From Candidatus Jorgensenbacteria bacterium GW2011_GWA1_48_11 (GTDB lineage Bacteria > Patescibacteriota > Minisyncoccia > UBA6257 > GWB1-50-10): a stretch of 64,000 nucleotides of DNA. Both the position numbers and the translations under genes were made by a program. Positions 35,049 to 45,442 of the stretch are shown here, in pieces; positions within the stretch are counted from its first letter, which is position 1; each line of letters opens with the position of its first letter. Below the pieces are notes generated by a model. That model saw nothing but the letters and a program-made list of their open reading frames with translations. It ran no database searches and was not told where the DNA came from. The stretch spans positions 101,910 to 165,909 of the forward strand of contig LCPF01000001.1 in assembly GCA_001003475.1 (NCBI GenBank), given 5' to 3'.

Positions 35049-36635
35049 CTACATCTTGCTAGGTTTGGTGAGGCCAAGAATGTCCAAAAGGTTTTCGAAA
35101 ACCACGAGCGCGCCGTGAACCAAGCTCAAACGGGCGTCAGCCAAAATTCCGTTGCTTTCGCCAATCACCCGTTCTTTCTCGTAGAAATTATGGAAGGTTT
35201 TGGCGAGTTCGATCGCATAACGCGTCAAGCGATGAACCCGATAATCTTCGGCGGAATCGGAAACGAACTCCGGAAATCTCGCCAGCTGTTTCAAAAGAGC
35301 AATGTCCTGAGGCGTCTTCAAGCTCGCCAAATTCTTGTGGGTCGGCTTGAATTTGGCCTTTTTAGCGATGTTTCTGGCCCGAACATAGGCATATTGGGTG
35401 TAATAAACCGGGTTTTTATTGGACCGCTCCTTGGCCAAGCCCAAATCGAAATCCATGTGGCTTTCCGGCGCGTGCATTAAGAAAAAGAACCGAGCCGCAT
35501 CAGCGCCAACCTCACTCACTAATTCCTCGAAAGTCACGAAAGCGCCTTTGCGTTTGGACATCTTCACTTCCCGGCCCCCCTCCACCAAACGCAAGGCTTG
35601 AGTAATTAAAATTTCGAGGTCAAGACCGATAATACTCGCCGCCGCCTTCATTCTCGCTACATAACCATAATGATCCGGTCCCAAAATAAGGATTTTGCGG
35701 TCAATTCTCCTAGCCTTAGTCTCCAAATTGTGTCCGCTATCGGCAAGAATGTACGTGGGATCGCCGTTGCTTTTGACGATGACCCGGTCCTTATCGTCGT
35801 CGAATTTCGTTGTTTTCAGCCATAAAGCCCCTTCTTTTTCGTAAGTCAATTTTTTTCGTTTGAAAATCCTAAGCGCTTTTTCGACAAAACCCTTCTTACG
35901 AACGTCTTTCTCTTCGCTCGTATAGCGGTTAAACCTGATTCTGGCCTTCTTCTCGAGAACCAGCCTGATCGCCTTTAGAAATTCGCCGGCGGCTTTTTGG
36001 CCAACTCTGATCGGCTGACCGGCGTTTTTTTTCACGAAAACGGAGTTTTTGTTGGCCCAGGCTTCAATGTATTCACCTTTGTAAAATTGTTCTTCTTTGG
36101 GAATCAGCTTCAGGGCGGCGACCATGGATTTACCCAAAGTCAAAACCTGATTGCCGGTATCGTTCACGTAGTACTCCCGCTCCACCTTGTGTCCCGCCGC
36201 CGACAAAACATTTCCGAGAATGTCGCCCAAAAAACCGCCCCGGCCGTTGGCTAAGGTAAGGGGACCGGTAGGGTTGGCCGAAACGAATTCCAATTGGATT
36301 TTCTTTTTTGACGCCGCTTTAACGCGGCCATAATTCTTTTTGCCCCTAAGAATCTCTTTCAAGCTCTCATGCCAGGCTTCGGGCGCAATCCAAAAATTTA
36401 TAAAACCGGGGCCGGCCACTTCTATTTTCTGGAAAAGGTTTTTGGGGGCGGCTTTCTTAATGGCGGCCGCGATCGTGAGCGCTTCTTGGTAGGGTGTGCC
36501 GCCTCTTTTTTGGGCCAGCCGAAAAGCGACATTCGTCGAATAATGCCCCTGTTTTTCCTCGTCGGGAGAAGTTATTTCTATTTTTACGTTTTCCCTAACG
36601 GCTTGTCTTAAGAATTTCAACACTTTTTCTCTCAT
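35049..36635 (-). CDS. argS: Arginine--tRNA ligase.
   Basis: Contains SANPTGPLTLANGRG (HIGH-equivalent) and KMSKRKG. Start trimmed to MREKVLKFLRQAV (36635), because the track start 36713 would overlap divergent smpB. Confidence 0.85.
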   Translation of the reverse strand: MREKVLKFLRQAVRENVKIEITSPDEEKQGHYSTNVAFRLAQKRGGTPYQEALTIAAAIKKAAPKNLFQKIEVAGPGFINFWIAPEAWHESLKEILRGKKNYGRVKAASKKKIQLEFVSANPTGPLTLANGRGGFLGDILGNVLSAAGHKVEREYYVNDTGNQVLTLGKSMVAALKLIPKEEQFYKGEYIEAWANKNSVFVKKNAGQPIRVGQKAAGEFLKAIRLVLEKKARIRFNRYTSEEKDVRKKGFVEKALRIFKRKKLTYEKEGALWLKTTKFDDDKDRVIVKSNGDPTYILADSGHNLETKARRIDRKILILGPDHYGYVARMKAAASIIGLDLEILITQALRLVEGGREVKMSKRKGAFVTFEELVSEVGADAARFFFLMHAPESHMDFDLGLAKERSNKNPVYYTQYAYVRARNIAKKAKFKPTHKNLASLKTPQDIALLKQLARFPEFVSDSAEDYRVHRLTRYAIELAKTFHNFYEKERVIGESNGILADARLSLVHGALVVFENLLDILGLTKPSKM

Positions 36636-36690
36636 TGGAGTTAATTTTACCCTGTTAGGAACAATATTTCTAACGCGGTAAAATAAGGTC

Positions 36691-37128
36691 ATGCCCGAAT
36701 TGGCTATAAACAAACGCGCTTTTTTCGACTACGAAATTCTCGAGAAATTCCCGGCCGGCCTCGCCTTGACCGGCCACGAAACCAAATCCATCAAAATGGG
36801 CCGGGCCAACATCGCGGGCGCCCATGCCGTTAGCCGAAACAACGAGATTTTCCTCCTAGGAATGGACATATCTTCTTTTCAGCCGAAAAATGCGCCGCCG
36901 GACCACGAACCGCAAAGGACAAGAAAACTGCTTTTAAAAAAGGAAGAGATCAAATATTTAACGGGAAAAATCCAGTCCGGATTGACACTCCTTCCGATAA
37001 AACTCTATACTGACCGCGGGTTGGTGAAAATAGAATTGGGCTTGGGCCGCGGCCGGAAAAAACAGGACAAGCGCGAGGTATTGAAAAAACGCGAAACCCA
37101 GAAAGAGATTAGAAAATTCAAAATTTAA
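36691..37128 (+). CDS. smpB: SsrA-binding protein SmpB.
   Basis: 145 aa: FDYEILEKFPAGLALTGHETKSIK...LLLKKEEIKYL; sits immediately before tmRNA. Confidence 0.9.
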   Translation: MPELAINKRAFFDYEILEKFPAGLALTGHETKSIKMGRANIAGAHAVSRNNEIFLLGMDISSFQPKNAPPDHEPQRTRKLLLKKEEIKYLTGKIQSGLTLLPIKLYTDRGLVKIELGLGRGRKKQDKREVLKKRETQKEIRKFKI

Positions 37129-37131
37129 TAC

Positions 37132-37490
37132 GGGGATGATGGGCTTTGACAAAATCCCATCCGATAAATTGCAGGCCGAGCCGATCGTCTCGTCCCTAAG
37201 CCGACTAACGTCGGCCGGGACCCCGGCGCATAGCGCTTAGGGGTAAATCCGGTCAAAAACTTTCAACTGCCAACAGCAATGTTGCAGCGCCGGCTTTCGC
37301 TTTAGCTTAAGCCGACCATCGGACCACGATGCCTAATAGTGGGCCTCCGGTGTCATAATTAGGCCCGCCGCAACCAATGGTTCTAAATTGCGGCCAGATT
37401 CAGAACCAAAAACTGCCGCCTCAAGCGGATAAGCTTGTAGATTGTTTGTCGGATAAATTTTGGACGCGAGTTCGACTCTCGCCATCTCCA
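37132..37490 (+). ncRNA. ssrA: tmRNA (SsrA), one-piece; CCA not encoded.
   Basis: 5' GGGGAUGAUGGGCUUUGAC...UGCAGGCCGAG (conserved P2). Tag ORF GCC AAC AGC AAU GUU GCA GCG CCG GCU UUC GCU UUA GCU UAA gives ANSNVAAPAFALA*. 3' end is GGACGCGAGUUCGACUCUCGCCAUCUCCA (T-arm plus acceptor pairing with 5' GGGGAUG). Confidence 0.9.
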
Positions 37491-37690
37491 CTAGATAAAC
37501 TGTCGCTCGGAATTCTATATTGCAACGGACTTTTTTGAAGTCGGCCTTAAAAAGTTATCCCCAGTCGGCACTTTTGACTCCGGTCAAAACCAATTTAGAA
37601 TTAAATCAGATCGTCGTCAGATTAATACTCGCACCAACAGGGCTAACCCTGTCAAAAGAACATGTAGGTGTTCAAGATATGTGAAAGCAC

Positions 37691-37742
37691 GCTCCCGGCT
37701 AGCGGACCACAACTCCCAGCGCGGGAGCTTTTTCGTTTTTTG
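37691..37742 (+). terminator. Intrinsic terminator (stem gctcccg/cgggagc, then T-tract tttttcgtttttt).
   Basis: Read directly from the sequence, 200 nt after the tmRNA 3' end. Confidence 0.6.
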
Positions 37743-37751
37743 GGGAAAATG

Positions 37752-37780
37752 TTGACGCTCTAAAAACTAGTTGCTATACT
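37752..37780 (+). promoter_or_regulatory. Sigma-70-type promoter TTGACG-17nt-TATACT upstream of infC.
   Basis: gTTGACGctctaaaaactagttgcTATACTc with exact 17-nt spacing. Confidence 0.6.
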
Positions 37781-37831
37781 CTAACCATCCAATACCGAAT
37801 AAATAATCAAATAACCGCTCCGGAGCTCCGA

Positions 37832-38287
37832 GTGATCGACGCGAAAGGCCAAAGCTTGGGCGTCTTGAAACGTGAAGACGCCTTAAATTTAGCCAAGGCA
37901 GAGGGCGTAGATTTGATCGAGATCGTGCCGACGGCCCGACCGCCGGTCGCGAAAATCATTAGTTTTGATAAATTCCGGTATTATCAGGAAAAAGAAGAAA
38001 AAAAACAAAGAACGACCCAAAAAGCCAAGGAATTGAAGCATGTGAGAATTTCGCCGCGAGCCGCGGAAAACGACCTTAAGATCAAAGCGACCCTGGCCGA
38101 CGAATTTCTCGAAAAGGGACACAAGGTGGAAATCAACTTGTATCTAAGAGGGCGGGAAAAGGGCAATCGGGATTGGAACGCCGAAAAGCTGAAACAATTC
38201 CTCGGCATGATCAAAACGCCCTACCTGGTGACGATGACGCCCCGCCCCGGCGGCCGCGGCCTCGTTGCCCAAATCATGAAAAAATAA
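37832..38287 (+). CDS. infC: Translation initiation factor IF-3.
   Basis: GTG start with GGAG 7 nt upstream. The in-frame upstream sequence (RINNQITAPELR) also resembles the IF3 N-terminus, so a non-canonical AUA/AUC start further upstream is possible, as is typical of infC. Confidence 0.8.
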   Translation: MIDAKGQSLGVLKREDALNLAKAEGVDLIEIVPTARPPVAKIISFDKFRYYQEKEEKKQRTTQKAKELKHVRISPRAAENDLKIKATLADEFLEKGHKVEINLYLRGREKGNRDWNAEKLKQFLGMIKTPYLVTMTPRPGGRGLVAQIMKK

Positions 38288-38421
38288 TCCCTCACCCTTC
38301 GAAGATAGAAAGCTTAATTCAAAAATAAATCATGTTTAAGGATAAAATAAGAAAATCAAATAAAGGGTCGTTGATTCACGAAGACCGCTTCCAAAAAAGC
38401 GTAATCTTTGAAGAGTGAGGG

Positions 38422-38592
38422 ATGAAAAACAGCGTTTCTAAAAGAATAAAAATAAAAAAGAGCGGCAAAATCCTGAGACGGGCGATGGCTTTGGGCCATT
38501 CCCGGGGCAATAAAAGCACGGTTCAGATGCAGAGGAAAGCCGGTTTCCGCTCGCTTGACGTCAATATCAAAAAACTCAAGGGTTATTTCTAA
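38422..38592 (+). CDS. rpmI: 50S ribosomal protein L35.
   Basis: 56-aa Lys/Arg-rich ORF MKNSVSKRIKIKKSGKILRRAMALGHSRGNKSTVQMQRKAGFRSLDVNIKKLKGYF with a GAGG RBS, placed between infC and rplT. Not in the track (<60 aa). Confidence 0.75.
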   Translation: MKNSVSKRIKIKKSGKILRRAMALGHSRGNKSTVQMQRKAGFRSLDVNIKKLKGYF

Positions 38593-38594
38593 AC

Positions 38595-38942
38595 ATGTCG
38601 CGGGTCAAAAGAGGCAAAAACAGCAATAAAAAAAGAGAGAGTCTCCTTAAACACACCAAGGGTTTTCGGTGGGGCCGCAAGAGCAAGGAAAGAGCGGCCA
38701 AGGAAGCTCTGCTTCACGCCTGGAGCCGGGCCTTCAAGGGACGCAAGGAAAAGAAAAGAGAATATCGCGCCCTCTGGAACGTGCGTTTGAACGCCGCTTT
38801 GAGGATTCACGGCTCGAAATACAGCGTTTTCATGAACGCTTTGAAAAAGAAAGACGTGAAATTGGACCGCAAAATTTTAGCCGAGCTCGCCCAAAAAGAA
38901 CCCGAGGCTTTTAAAAGAATCCTGGATTTCACAAAATCCTAA
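38595..38942 (+). CDS. rplT: 50S ribosomal protein L20.
   Basis: MSRVKRGKNSNKKRESLLKHTKGFRWGRKS... Confidence 0.9.
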   Translation: MSRVKRGKNSNKKRESLLKHTKGFRWGRKSKERAAKEALLHAWSRAFKGRKEKKREYRALWNVRLNAALRIHGSKYSVFMNALKKKDVKLDRKILAELAQKEPEAFKRILDFTKS

Positions 38943-39238
38943 AATCGCCAGCCGAATTTCTCCAAATCGATTTTCCCTTTCACGATTGTCACGCCTTCTT
39001 TTTTAAGAAGGTGGTTTTTTTGGCGCTCGCCCGAAGCGTAACCGCCGATTCCTCCCCCGCCTTGAACCACCCGGTGGCAAGGCACCTGGGGCGCCCGGTG
39101 ATTTTTATTCAGGGCGTTGCCAACGGCCCGCGAAGCCTTGGGCCGACCGAGCGCTCGGGCTACCGCCTTGTAAGTCGCAACTTTACCTTTTGGGATTTTT
39201 CTGATCGCCAGATAAACTTTTTCCTCGAATGAGGTCAT
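38939..39238 (-). CDS. Methylated-DNA--protein-cysteine methyltransferase, DNA-binding/active-site domain only (minimal MGMT/Ogt-like).
   Basis: 99 aa with active-site motif VPCHRVV and HTH IPKGKVATYKAVARALG. Confidence 0.75.
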   Translation of the reverse strand: MTSFEEKVYLAIRKIPKGKVATYKAVARALGRPKASRAVGNALNKNHRAPQVPCHRVVQGGGGIGGYASGERQKNHLLKKEGVTIVKGKIDLEKFGWRF

Positions 39239-39638
39239 AGGCTTTTTTTAAATTGTTTTTGAGATTTTGGTACATGAGCATCCGGACGGCATCCTTATAC
39301 AGAAACCAGCCGTAACCATTGTGCTCTTCGGAAAGCCGAACTTGGCCCTGCCGCGTTTCGGCCAGGAAATAAATCACGATTTTGAAGACTTTCTGCTTTT
39401 CGCGGCTGAAAACAAACCGGTCGTAAACCTTGAAACGGGGGTCGAATTTGAGTTCGTTCCGGCCCAAACCGGTCTCCTCCTTGATTTCCCGGACAGCCGC
39501 ATCGTAAGACCCTTCCCTCGCTTCAATCTTACCCTTGGCGAAATTCCAATAGCGGCCGCCGTGGTACAAAAGCAAAAATTTGGGACCCTCTTTGGTCCGT
39601 CGATAAATAACGATGCCAGCCGCTGTTTCTTTGGTCAT
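39183..39638 (-). CDS. NUDIX hydrolase.
   Basis: Nudix box GKIEAREGSYDAAVREIKEETGL. Its 3' end overlaps the start of the MGMT-like gene by 56 nt in another frame. Confidence 0.8.
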   Translation of the reverse strand: MTKETAAGIVIYRRTKEGPKFLLLYHGGRYWNFAKGKIEAREGSYDAAVREIKEETGLGRNELKFDPRFKVYDRFVFSREKQKVFKIVIYFLAETRQGQVRLSEEHNGYGWFLYKDAVRMLMYQNLKNNLKKAYDLIRGKSLSGDQKNPKR

Positions 39639-39639
39639 G

Positions 39640-41364
39640 CTACTTAAGCAATTTTAGCATTTTCTCGACCGGCCAGATATTAATGATGTCCGTTGGTTTG
39701 GCCCAGCCGCGGCGGGCTTGAGCCAAGCCGTACTCAAGGTAAGCGAAGTGGGGGGCGGCATGGGCATCGGAATCAATGCTCATCTTTACGCCGGAGGCCA
39801 CGCACTTCCTGATATATTCGTCCTTAAGATCGAGCCGGTCTGGATAAGCATCGATCTCGAGGATTGTCCCGGTCATTTTGGCGGTTTTCACGATCTCATC
39901 AATATCCAAATCGTAAGCCTCGCGACGGTTGATGACCCGGCCGGTCGGGTGGAATAAGATGTCGACGTTTTTATTCTGCATCGCTCTTTGGATACGCCCG
40001 GTTTGTTCTTTGCGGCTCAAATTGAAATAAGAATGGACCGAAACGCCGACCACGTCGAGCCGGGCCAAAGTTTCGTCTTTCAGATCTAAAGCGCCGTCTT
40101 TTAAAATATCGCATTCGGTCCCCTTCAATATCCTAATTTTTTGGTTTCGGGTTCTGAATTTTGAGTTTAATTTGTCGATTTCGACCCCCTGCTCTTTGAT
40201 CTTTTTATCGTCCAAACCATGGGTCATGGCCAATCTTTTGGTGTGGTCTGTTATCAAAATGTATTCCAAGCCCGCGTTCATGGCCGCTTCGGCCATTTTT
40301 TCGATCGAATCGCGGCCGTCAGTCCAATTAGTCTGGACTTGGAGATCGCCTTTTAGATCACCGTAGCGTATTAATTCCGGCAAATCGCCTTTCTTCGCCA
40401 ATGCAATCTCGCCCAAATCTTCACGCATCTCGGGCTCGATATAACCTAAACCAAGCGCTTTATAGATTTCTTCTTCGGTTTTGCCGGCGATCTGACGCCT
40501 GCCCTTGAAAAGGCCGTACTCATTCAACTTATAGCCTTTTTTGATTGCGATTTCCCGAAGAGCAATGTTGTGGCTCTTCGAACCCGTAAAATAGTTCAAA
40601 GCCGCGCCGTAAGAGGCTTCGGGTACGATCCGTAAATCAACATCCAAACCCGATTTCAGCTTGACCGATGATTTTGTTTCGCCTTTGGCGAAAACCCCCG
40701 CCACCTCGGGCATATTCACAAAATAATCCATGATCGGCCTGGGCCTTTCGGAGACGGCAAGAATATCGATGTCGCCAACCGTTTCCTTGCGCCGCCGGAT
40801 CGAACCGGCGACGACTATTTTTTTGGTCTCTTTGAGCTTCCTTAAGCGACCCTCGATGTCCCGGATAAAAGACATGGTAAAACCGAGAACGAAACGGCCC
40901 TGGTTATTTTTCGTAAATTCGATGCCGCGCAGGATGTTTTCCTCCGATTTCCCGCCAAAACCCTCAAGTTTTCTGATCTTGCCGGCTTTAGCCGCCTTTT
41001 CCAAGTCGGGGAGGTTTCTTATTTTCAGTTTTTGATAAAGCTTGAAAATGCTTTTGGGGCCAAGGCCCTCAATGGCCTTGAAAGAATCCAGATCGATCGG
41101 TGTTTTCTTCTTGAGTTCGCTGTAATATTTGACCCGGCCGGTTTTCACCATTTCTTCGATCTTCTCCGCGATTGAAACGCCCACGCCCGGCAATTCTTCA
41201 AGGGCCTTAAGGCCGCCTTTTTTGTAAATTTCGGCCGCTTCCTCTTCTAGATTCTCGATCACCTCCGCGGCTTTCCGATAGGCCTGGGGCTTGAAAGGCA
41301 CGTTCGCTATCTCCAAATAGCCGGCGATGCCGCTTAGGACAGACGAAATATCTTTATTATTCAT
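39640..41364 (-). CDS. DNA polymerase X family protein (Pol-beta-like nucleotidyltransferase plus C-terminal PHP phosphoesterase domain).
   Basis: HhH motifs LPGVGVSIAEKI, Pol-beta-like GSIRRRKETVGDIDILA, and PHP-domain HTxxSDG-like motifs TNWTDGRDS / ITDHT / SVHSYF. Confidence 0.85.
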   Translation of the reverse strand: MNNKDISSVLSGIAGYLEIANVPFKPQAYRKAAEVIENLEEEAAEIYKKGGLKALEELPGVGVSIAEKIEEMVKTGRVKYYSELKKKTPIDLDSFKAIEGLGPKSIFKLYQKLKIRNLPDLEKAAKAGKIRKLEGFGGKSEENILRGIEFTKNNQGRFVLGFTMSFIRDIEGRLRKLKETKKIVVAGSIRRRKETVGDIDILAVSERPRPIMDYFVNMPEVAGVFAKGETKSSVKLKSGLDVDLRIVPEASYGAALNYFTGSKSHNIALREIAIKKGYKLNEYGLFKGRRQIAGKTEEEIYKALGLGYIEPEMREDLGEIALAKKGDLPELIRYGDLKGDLQVQTNWTDGRDSIEKMAEAAMNAGLEYILITDHTKRLAMTHGLDDKKIKEQGVEIDKLNSKFRTRNQKIRILKGTECDILKDGALDLKDETLARLDVVGVSVHSYFNLSRKEQTGRIQRAMQNKNVDILFHPTGRVINRREAYDLDIDEIVKTAKMTGTILEIDAYPDRLDLKDEYIRKCVASGVKMSIDSDAHAAPHFAYLEYGLAQARRGWAKPTDIINIWPVEKMLKLLK

Positions 41365-42029
41365 TTATTGATGTCGAGCGGCGCGTGATCCTTAATAATC
41401 ACATCCGCCTCCCGGGTCGGCTTGGGCAAAACCAAATTCGGCACCATTATCAACGTCAAGGCGCTCGTAAAGGAGAGGACGCTGCCGAAGATGAAAACCG
41501 CCGGAAAACCCCACAAACTGACCAAGCCGCCGCCCACAAAAGCGGCGAGGCCGCTTGCAAGGCCGACGCTCGTGCTGTCCAACGACCAATCGAGAGCGTA
41601 TTTTTCTCTGTCCAGATGGCGCGAGAAGATCGAGGACCAGGAAGGGATATAGAGCCCGAAACCGACGGCCTGGATCAGAGTCACAAAAAACAAAGCGCCA
41701 ACGCTCCTCACCAAAAGGAAAGAAATGGCCGCAAGGCCGGTAATCATCAAAGCCGTGATTAGGGTATAAAAATCATCTTTCTCGCCGTCGTGTTTATCCA
41801 AATAAACGGCAATGGGCACCTGAAGAACGGATTTAACGATCCAGTAAATGGCTGCGGCAATGCCCACGCTTAGGATCGTCGCGCCGGGCACTTTCTGGAC
41901 GACGAAAACCGAAAAGACCGGCGAAATCAAACCCCAACCGCCCCAAAGCGTGAGGTCGGCCAGGATCAGGTGCTTAATGACACGATTAACCTTGATGTCC
42001 TTGACGTTAATATCTATCTTGATGCGCAT
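41361..42029 (-). CDS. Six-TM membrane protein resembling a half-size MFS-type transporter domain.
   Basis: 222 aa with 6 predicted TM helices. It may be a stand-alone half or a remnant. Confidence 0.4.
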   Translation of the reverse strand: MRIKIDINVKDIKVNRVIKHLILADLTLWGGWGLISPVFSVFVVQKVPGATILSVGIAAAIYWIVKSVLQVPIAVYLDKHDGEKDDFYTLITALMITGLAAISFLLVRSVGALFFVTLIQAVGFGLYIPSWSSIFSRHLDREKYALDWSLDSTSVGLASGLAAFVGGGLVSLWGFPAVFIFGSVLSFTSALTLIMVPNLVLPKPTREADVIIKDHAPLDINK

Positions 42030-42032
42030 AAC

Positions 42033-44543
<2,511 letters not shown>

Positions 44544-44544
44544 G

Positions 44545-44910
44545 TTAGAAGCTTATGATTATCCGCCAGACGAGATAAGGCGGCGTTAAGATCCAGAAAA
44601 CATAAAGAAGGGTGGCGACTGCGAAAAAAATCAGATAAACAAAACCGCCGAAAATGAGACGGAAAAATCGGAAGATAAAACCCAGAACATAACCGATCAC
44701 GGAATAATCCTTGTAAAGCGGCTGGAAAAGATTCTTAAGGGTGATGCGCCAGGCCAAATAACGGTCCAGACGCTCTAGGCGGTCGATCACGAAATTGGAG
44801 TAAACCCGGGCGCTTTTCACGTACCAGTGGCGCAAAAACTCGAAAAGCCGGTAAAAAAATCGCTCGCCCAAATAAGCCAAAGCTCCAAGCATAATTCCAT
44901 TATAACCCAC
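44545..44910 (-). CDS. Small polytopic membrane protein, co-operonic (1-nt gap) with the membrane-anchored AAA+ gene.
   Basis: 121-aa hydrophobic ORF. Confidence 0.45.
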   Translation of the reverse strand: MGYNGIMLGALAYLGERFFYRLFEFLRHWYVKSARVYSNFVIDRLERLDRYLAWRITLKNLFQPLYKDYSVIGYVLGFIFRFFRLIFGGFVYLIFFAVATLLYVFWILTPPYLVWRIIISF

Positions 44911-44957
44911 CGCTGGAATTATTGAATTTCTTCCCGATTATAAACAGTATCGGGCGT

Positions 44958-44995
44958 TTGTATAAAAAGAGAACCGCCGACACCTTGGCGGTTCT
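44958..44995 (-). terminator. Intrinsic terminator for the 45016..45342 gene (10-bp stem plus UUUUUAUAC on the minus strand).
   Basis: Minus strand reads GCCGCCGAGAACCGCCAAGGUGUCGGCGGUUCUCUUUUUAUAC. Confidence 0.6.
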
Positions 44996-45015
44996 CGGCG
45001 GCTGATGTTTTTCCC

Positions 45016-45342
45016 TCAAAGCGGGATGCCGGATACGAAAACAATAAACCACAGTATCCAGGCGTAGAGGGAGAAGCGGTTGAAATAGGTCTCGAACTTC
45101 CCGTGGGCGCGGATTGCGAGCAGCGCCCAGGAAAAATGCAGGGCCATAATGAGAAGCGAAGCAAGTCCGGAGATGGTGTGCAGGGTGAAACGCCATCTTT
45201 CGGCGGCGACAACGCAGAGAAATACCGTGCCGCTGAAATCGGCGATGAGGGCGCATCCGAAGAGAATGACCATCCAGAGATGCAGTCGGTGCTTGAAACG
45301 GTGAGACCAGATGACGGTGGTGTAGAGAACGAACGCGATCAC
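45016..45342 (-). CDS. Four-TM small membrane protein, hypothetical, with atypical C-ending codon usage.
   Basis: 108 aa, MIAFVLYTTVIWSH... Third codon positions are dominated by C (TTC, CTC, ATC, ACC), unlike neighbouring genes. The alternative 150-aa Arg-rich frame (44900..45352) is judged spurious. Confidence 0.5.
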   Translation of the reverse strand: MIAFVLYTTVIWSHRFKHRLHLWMVILFGCALIADFSGTVFLCVVAAERWRFTLHTISGLASLLIMALHFSWALLAIRAHGKFETYFNRFSLYAWILWFIVFVSGIPL

Positions 45343-45442
45343 GAATAGCCATTCGAGCGGCCGTATTTCTGCCTCCGGGAACGGGTCGGGAGATCTAGAA
45401 CAAATATAGCAGGGAGAGATTTTGTGTCAAAGGTTTCTGCTC

